Assembly: GCA_963720755.1 (NCBI GenBank)
Contig: CAVRGP010000015.1
Location: 32,001-96,000 of the forward strand
Length of the DNA stretch: 64,000 nt
Direction: 5' to 3'
Source: an uncultured Chloroflexia bacterium
GTDB taxonomy: Bacteria > Chloroflexota > Limnocylindria > Limnocylindrales > CSP1-4
Positions 61,281-64,000 of the stretch are shown in pieces. The notes under the pieces are model-generated. The model was not told the DNA's origin. It saw nothing but the letters and a program-made list of their open reading frames with translations, and searched no databases. Made by a program: the position numbers and the translations under genes. Every line of letters starts with the position of its first letter. Position 1 is the first letter of the stretch.

Positions 61281-61397
61281 GACCACCGTTGCCGTGACGC
61301 ACCCCGAACGTCGGATAGCGCGGCGAGGCTACACCGCCTTTCATCAGGACACAACCAGATCCAAGCAGCCAAGCAGAGATATGGAGTCACACCGACC

Positions 61398-61787
61398 ATG
61401 AAGCGAGCCCTCATCGCGGCGATTGCCGCGCTCTTCACCTTCGGCGGCGCCTACGGCCTTGCCGCCAGCCTCAACCTCACGACCGACGGTCTCGGGGCGG
61501 CGAGCGGCGTGGTCGCCGCCTGTCAGGCCGGACCGCTCACCGCGACGTACACGTCGGCCTATTCGGCTGGGACGCCCGGATATACGGTCGCGACCGTCAC
61601 GGTGACCGGGCTGACCTCCACCTGCTACTCGAAGGCGTACCGGATCACCCTGACGGGCGCCGGCAATGCCTCGCTCGGGGAGGCCAATGGGACGACTCCC
61701 GCGACCGGTGCGAGCTTCGCGGCGACGTTCTCGCCAGCGGTCAGTGCGGCGACGATCACCGGCGTGTCGGTCGTCATCAGCGGCTGA
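61398..61787 (+). CDS. Secreted 'AASL' protein, putative major fibre subunit
   Basis: SD GGAG; signal MKRALIAAIAALFTFGGAYGL then AASLNLTTDGLGAASGVVAAC; T/A/S/G-rich beta-like sequence with 2 Cys; 129 aa. Confidence 0.8.
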   Translation: MKRALIAAIAALFTFGGAYGLAASLNLTTDGLGAASGVVAACQAGPLTATYTSAYSAGTPGYTVATVTVTGLTSTCYSKAYRITLTGAGNASLGEANGTTPATGASFAATFSPAVSAATITGVSVVISG

Positions 61788-61855
61788 GCGGGCTGAGGGT
61801 CGCGCCGGCGGCGAATGCCGTCGGCGCGACCCTCGTGCTGCGAGGCCACCCACGC

Positions 61856-62224
61856 ATGCGCCGACATCTGATCGCGGCCGCGGTTCTCGCCGTTTCCAGC
61901 GGGTACGTCGTGGGGAGTGCGGCGTCCGCCGCGTTGACGGTGCGGACCATCGGGGCGGCATCGGTCGCCACGGCCCGGTGCACGAACGCCGGGCTGACGA
62001 TGGTTCCCACGCTGTCCGGCAGCGCCGTGGCTTCCGTGGCCGTCGGTGGTCTGCCGGCCGCCTGTGGCGGCGCCACGCTGCGGGTGACCGTCAACGACGG
62101 AACGGTCGCCGGAAGTGGATCTGCGACCGTGCCCGCGGCAGGCGGCTCGGTGGCGGTGACGATCGCGAGCAGCCCGGCCCTGAACGCCCACGTGGAGATC
62201 GACGCGGTCCTGGAGGGTCCATGA
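61856..62224 (+). CDS. Secreted paralog, putative minor fibre subunit
   Basis: MRRHLIAAAVLAVSSGYVVGS-AASAALTVRTIGAASVATARC...SVAVGGLPAAC aligns by eye with the upstream gene (TVTVTGLTSTC). Confidence 0.75.
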   Translation: MRRHLIAAAVLAVSSGYVVGSAASAALTVRTIGAASVATARCTNAGLTMVPTLSGSAVASVAVGGLPAACGGATLRVTVNDGTVAGSGSATVPAAGGSVAVTIASSPALNAHVEIDAVLEGP

Positions 62225-62965
62225 CGACACGACTGGGCAGGCGGTCCTCGGCCGGTGTGCTGCTCGGCTTCGGCCTTGCGCTTGGCATCCTCGGCGGACG
62301 ATCGGTCGAGGCTGGCGACGCCGCCAGCCTGTCGATCGGATCGAGCGCGCTCACCCCGTATCATGACCTGCGTCCTGACCGCGGCCACGACGACGACGAC
62401 GGTCGTTTCCGACGCCGAGGTTCGGCAGTCGAACGGCAACACCAACTACGGGACAGCGACAAGCCTGACGGTGACGTCGAGCGGGAGTGCCAATCGACGG
62501 ATCTATGTCAGCTTCGATCTGACCGCCTGTTCGCCGGCCATCCCGTCCGGCGCGACGATCCGCCTGGCGACTCTGCGCCTGTTCGCCACGGCGCTGCCGG
62601 GTGCCTGCCGCACGCTGGACCTCTTTCGAGTGACTGCCGCCTGGACCGAGGCCGCCGTCACCTGGAACAACCAGCCGTTCGGGACCACGATCAACAACCC
62701 CGCCACCGCTTCGCGGTCGGGCTCGTTCGATGTCGGGACGCCTGCCGGCTGCCAGAACCGGACGACCGCCGCGTACGTCGCCGGCGCGGGCGTGACCGCC
62801 GATGTCGCCGTATTCGTGGCGGGCAGCGCGACGAACCGCGGCTGGATGATCCGGGACGATGTCGAGGGTTCGGCCACGGCTCGGACCGCCACCTTCGCCT
62901 CGAAGCAACTCGGGACGCTCGCGAGGGCTCCGCAACTCATCGTGACCTACGTGGCCGGGCCATGA
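62221..62965 (+). CDS. Secreted 'AASL' + DNRLRE/CBM96-like domain protein; +1 frameshift near 62362
   Basis: Signal + AASLSIGSSALTPY in one frame, then TCVLT...DAEVRQSNGNTNYG...YVSFDL...IPSGATIRLATLRL...WTEAAVTWNNQP...NRGWMI...PQLIVTY in the next frame; ATGA overlaps at both ends. Confidence 0.75.
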
Positions 62966-63477
62966 TCGCCCGCCTGCGGTCGTCGGTCGGGACGTCACTG
63001 CTCCTCGGTCTCGTGCTGATCTGGTTCCTCCTGCTCCGCCCCGTGTCGCTCGGTGGTTCGGCGTCCTGGATCGTGATCCGCGGGTCGTCCATGCTGCCCG
63101 GACTGACGTCCGGTGACCTGGTCATCGTCCAACGGGCCGGCAGCTATCGGATCGGCGATGTCGTCGCCTACCGGGTCGCGGCCGGTGACATCGGCGCCGG
63201 GCACGTCGTGATCCACCGACTGATCGGCGGCGACGGATCGACCGGGTGGGACGTCCAGGGTGACAACAACGATGCGCCCGATCCGTGGCGACCGACCGAT
63301 CACGACATCGTGGGGGCCTCGTGGCTGGTCATCCCGGGAGCTGGCCAGGCGATCGCGTGGATCCACCAACCGGTGATCCTGGCATCGTTGGCCGCGGCGT
63401 TCGTGGTCGCGTTCATCGTCTGGCGGCCGGCGGGCGACAAGGGTCGCGCCCACCCCGGGACGGTGCCACAGGCCTGA
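62962..63477 (+). CDS. sipW: Signal peptidase I, SipW / archaeal-ER type (S26B)
   Basis: GSSMLP (catalytic Ser), GDL, GDVV, VIHRL (His rather than Lys), QGDNN..PD motifs; TM at both ends. Confidence 0.85.
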   Translation: MIARLRSSVGTSLLLGLVLIWFLLLRPVSLGGSASWIVIRGSSMLPGLTSGDLVIVQRAGSYRIGDVVAYRVAAGDIGAGHVVIHRLIGGDGSTGWDVQGDNNDAPDPWRPTDHDIVGASWLVIPGAGQAIAWIHQPVILASLAAAFVVAFIVWRPAGDKGRAHPGTVPQA

Positions 63478-63556
63478 CGACATGCGTCGGCCGCCGTCGA
63501 TGAGGCGGGTCCTCGTCGCCAGGATGTCGGGAACAGGCAGGTCTGCGAGGACTACG

Positions 63557-63901
63557 ATGTCCGAGACCGTGACCGCTGCCGACATTCCCGACCGGAAGAT
63601 CCTCCGCCACGTGGTGGCGTTCAGGTTCAAGGACACCGTCACCGACGCCCAGATCGGCGACCTCGTCGTGTCAGCCCGGCGACTCAAGGTGACGATCCCC
63701 CAGATCCGGGGTCTCGAATGGGGCCCGAACAACAGTCCGGAGAACTTCAACAAGGGTTTGACCCACTGCTTCCTCCTGACGTTCGAGAGCGAGGAGGACC
63801 GCGCCGTCTACCTGTCGCATCCGGCCCACGAGGCGTTCGGGGCGAAGCTGGGCCCGCTGCTCGATGACCTGCTGGTGATCGACTTCTGGAGTCAGGACTA
63901 G
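63557..63901 (+). CDS. Dabb family (stress-responsive A/B barrel) protein
   Basis: LRHVVAFRFK, WGPNNSPE..NKGLTHCF, YLSHPAH and VIDF motifs; SD GAGGA. Confidence 0.9.
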   Translation: MSETVTAADIPDRKILRHVVAFRFKDTVTDAQIGDLVVSARRLKVTIPQIRGLEWGPNNSPENFNKGLTHCFLLTFESEEDRAVYLSHPAHEAFGAKLGPLLDDLLVIDFWSQD

Positions 63902-63910
63902 GAGGTTCGC

Positions 63911-64000
63911 GTGGACACGAATCCGGTGATCGAGATGCTCGGCCGACCGCTTCGCCTCGCCGTGATCGGAGGGGGTCCGGGCAGCTTCATCGGTTCGATC
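63911..64000 (+). CDS. Gfo/Idh/MocA-like oxidoreductase, 5' partial
   Basis: SD AGGAGG; MDTNPVIEMLGRPLRLAVIGGGPGSFIGSI..., a Rossmann-type start. Confidence 0.6.
   Translation, partial: MDTNPVIEMLGRPLRLAVIGGGPGSFIGSI

Noticed and set aside
61666-63477. 603-aa ORF read as one large signal peptidase
   Set aside because: It strings together an out-of-frame shadow of two genes, the adhesin signal peptide and the real peptidase. ATGA overlaps place the true starts at 62221 and 62962.

Overview
A 64-kb, high-GC bacterial chromosome segment with no rRNA, tRNA, CRISPR array, integrase or transposase that I can see. Gene content, the many leaderless starts and a PPTD-type anchor suggest a Gram-positive-type soil organism, most likely Chloroflexota (Limnocylindria-like); this is inference. 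Contents from left to right: (1) an ATGA-coupled operon (enolase-family tail, FAD/Fe-S oxidoreductase, DUF296, pyruvate oxidase, glycogen-debranching enzyme, SDR); (2) a convergent actinobacterial-type qcrCAB-ctaC-ctaD operon in which CtaD is fused to a CtaF-like subunit, ctaE is absent and a DUF4396 gene is coupled; (3) a region rich in small stress-type proteins, with aceE, an OmpR-family regulator, two soluble histidine kinases and a recurring 11-bp-spaced direct-repeat box; (4) housekeeping and accessory genes (MarR/YceI, PQQ dehydrogenases, amidinotransferase, TM0106 nuclease-helicase, ABC systems, UvrD2, SCO1664/DUF3090, Mo-oxidoreductase, class A PBP, PfkB kinase); (5) the best candidate novel system, a Crp-box-preceded operon of three secreted paralogous 'AASL' proteins (one carrying a DNRLRE/CBM96-like domain) plus a dedicated SipW-type signal peptidase, which looks like a TasA/archaeal-bundling-pilus-like fibre system. 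Several single-base frameshifts point to indel errors in the assembly. All family assignments come from motif recognition, not database searches.
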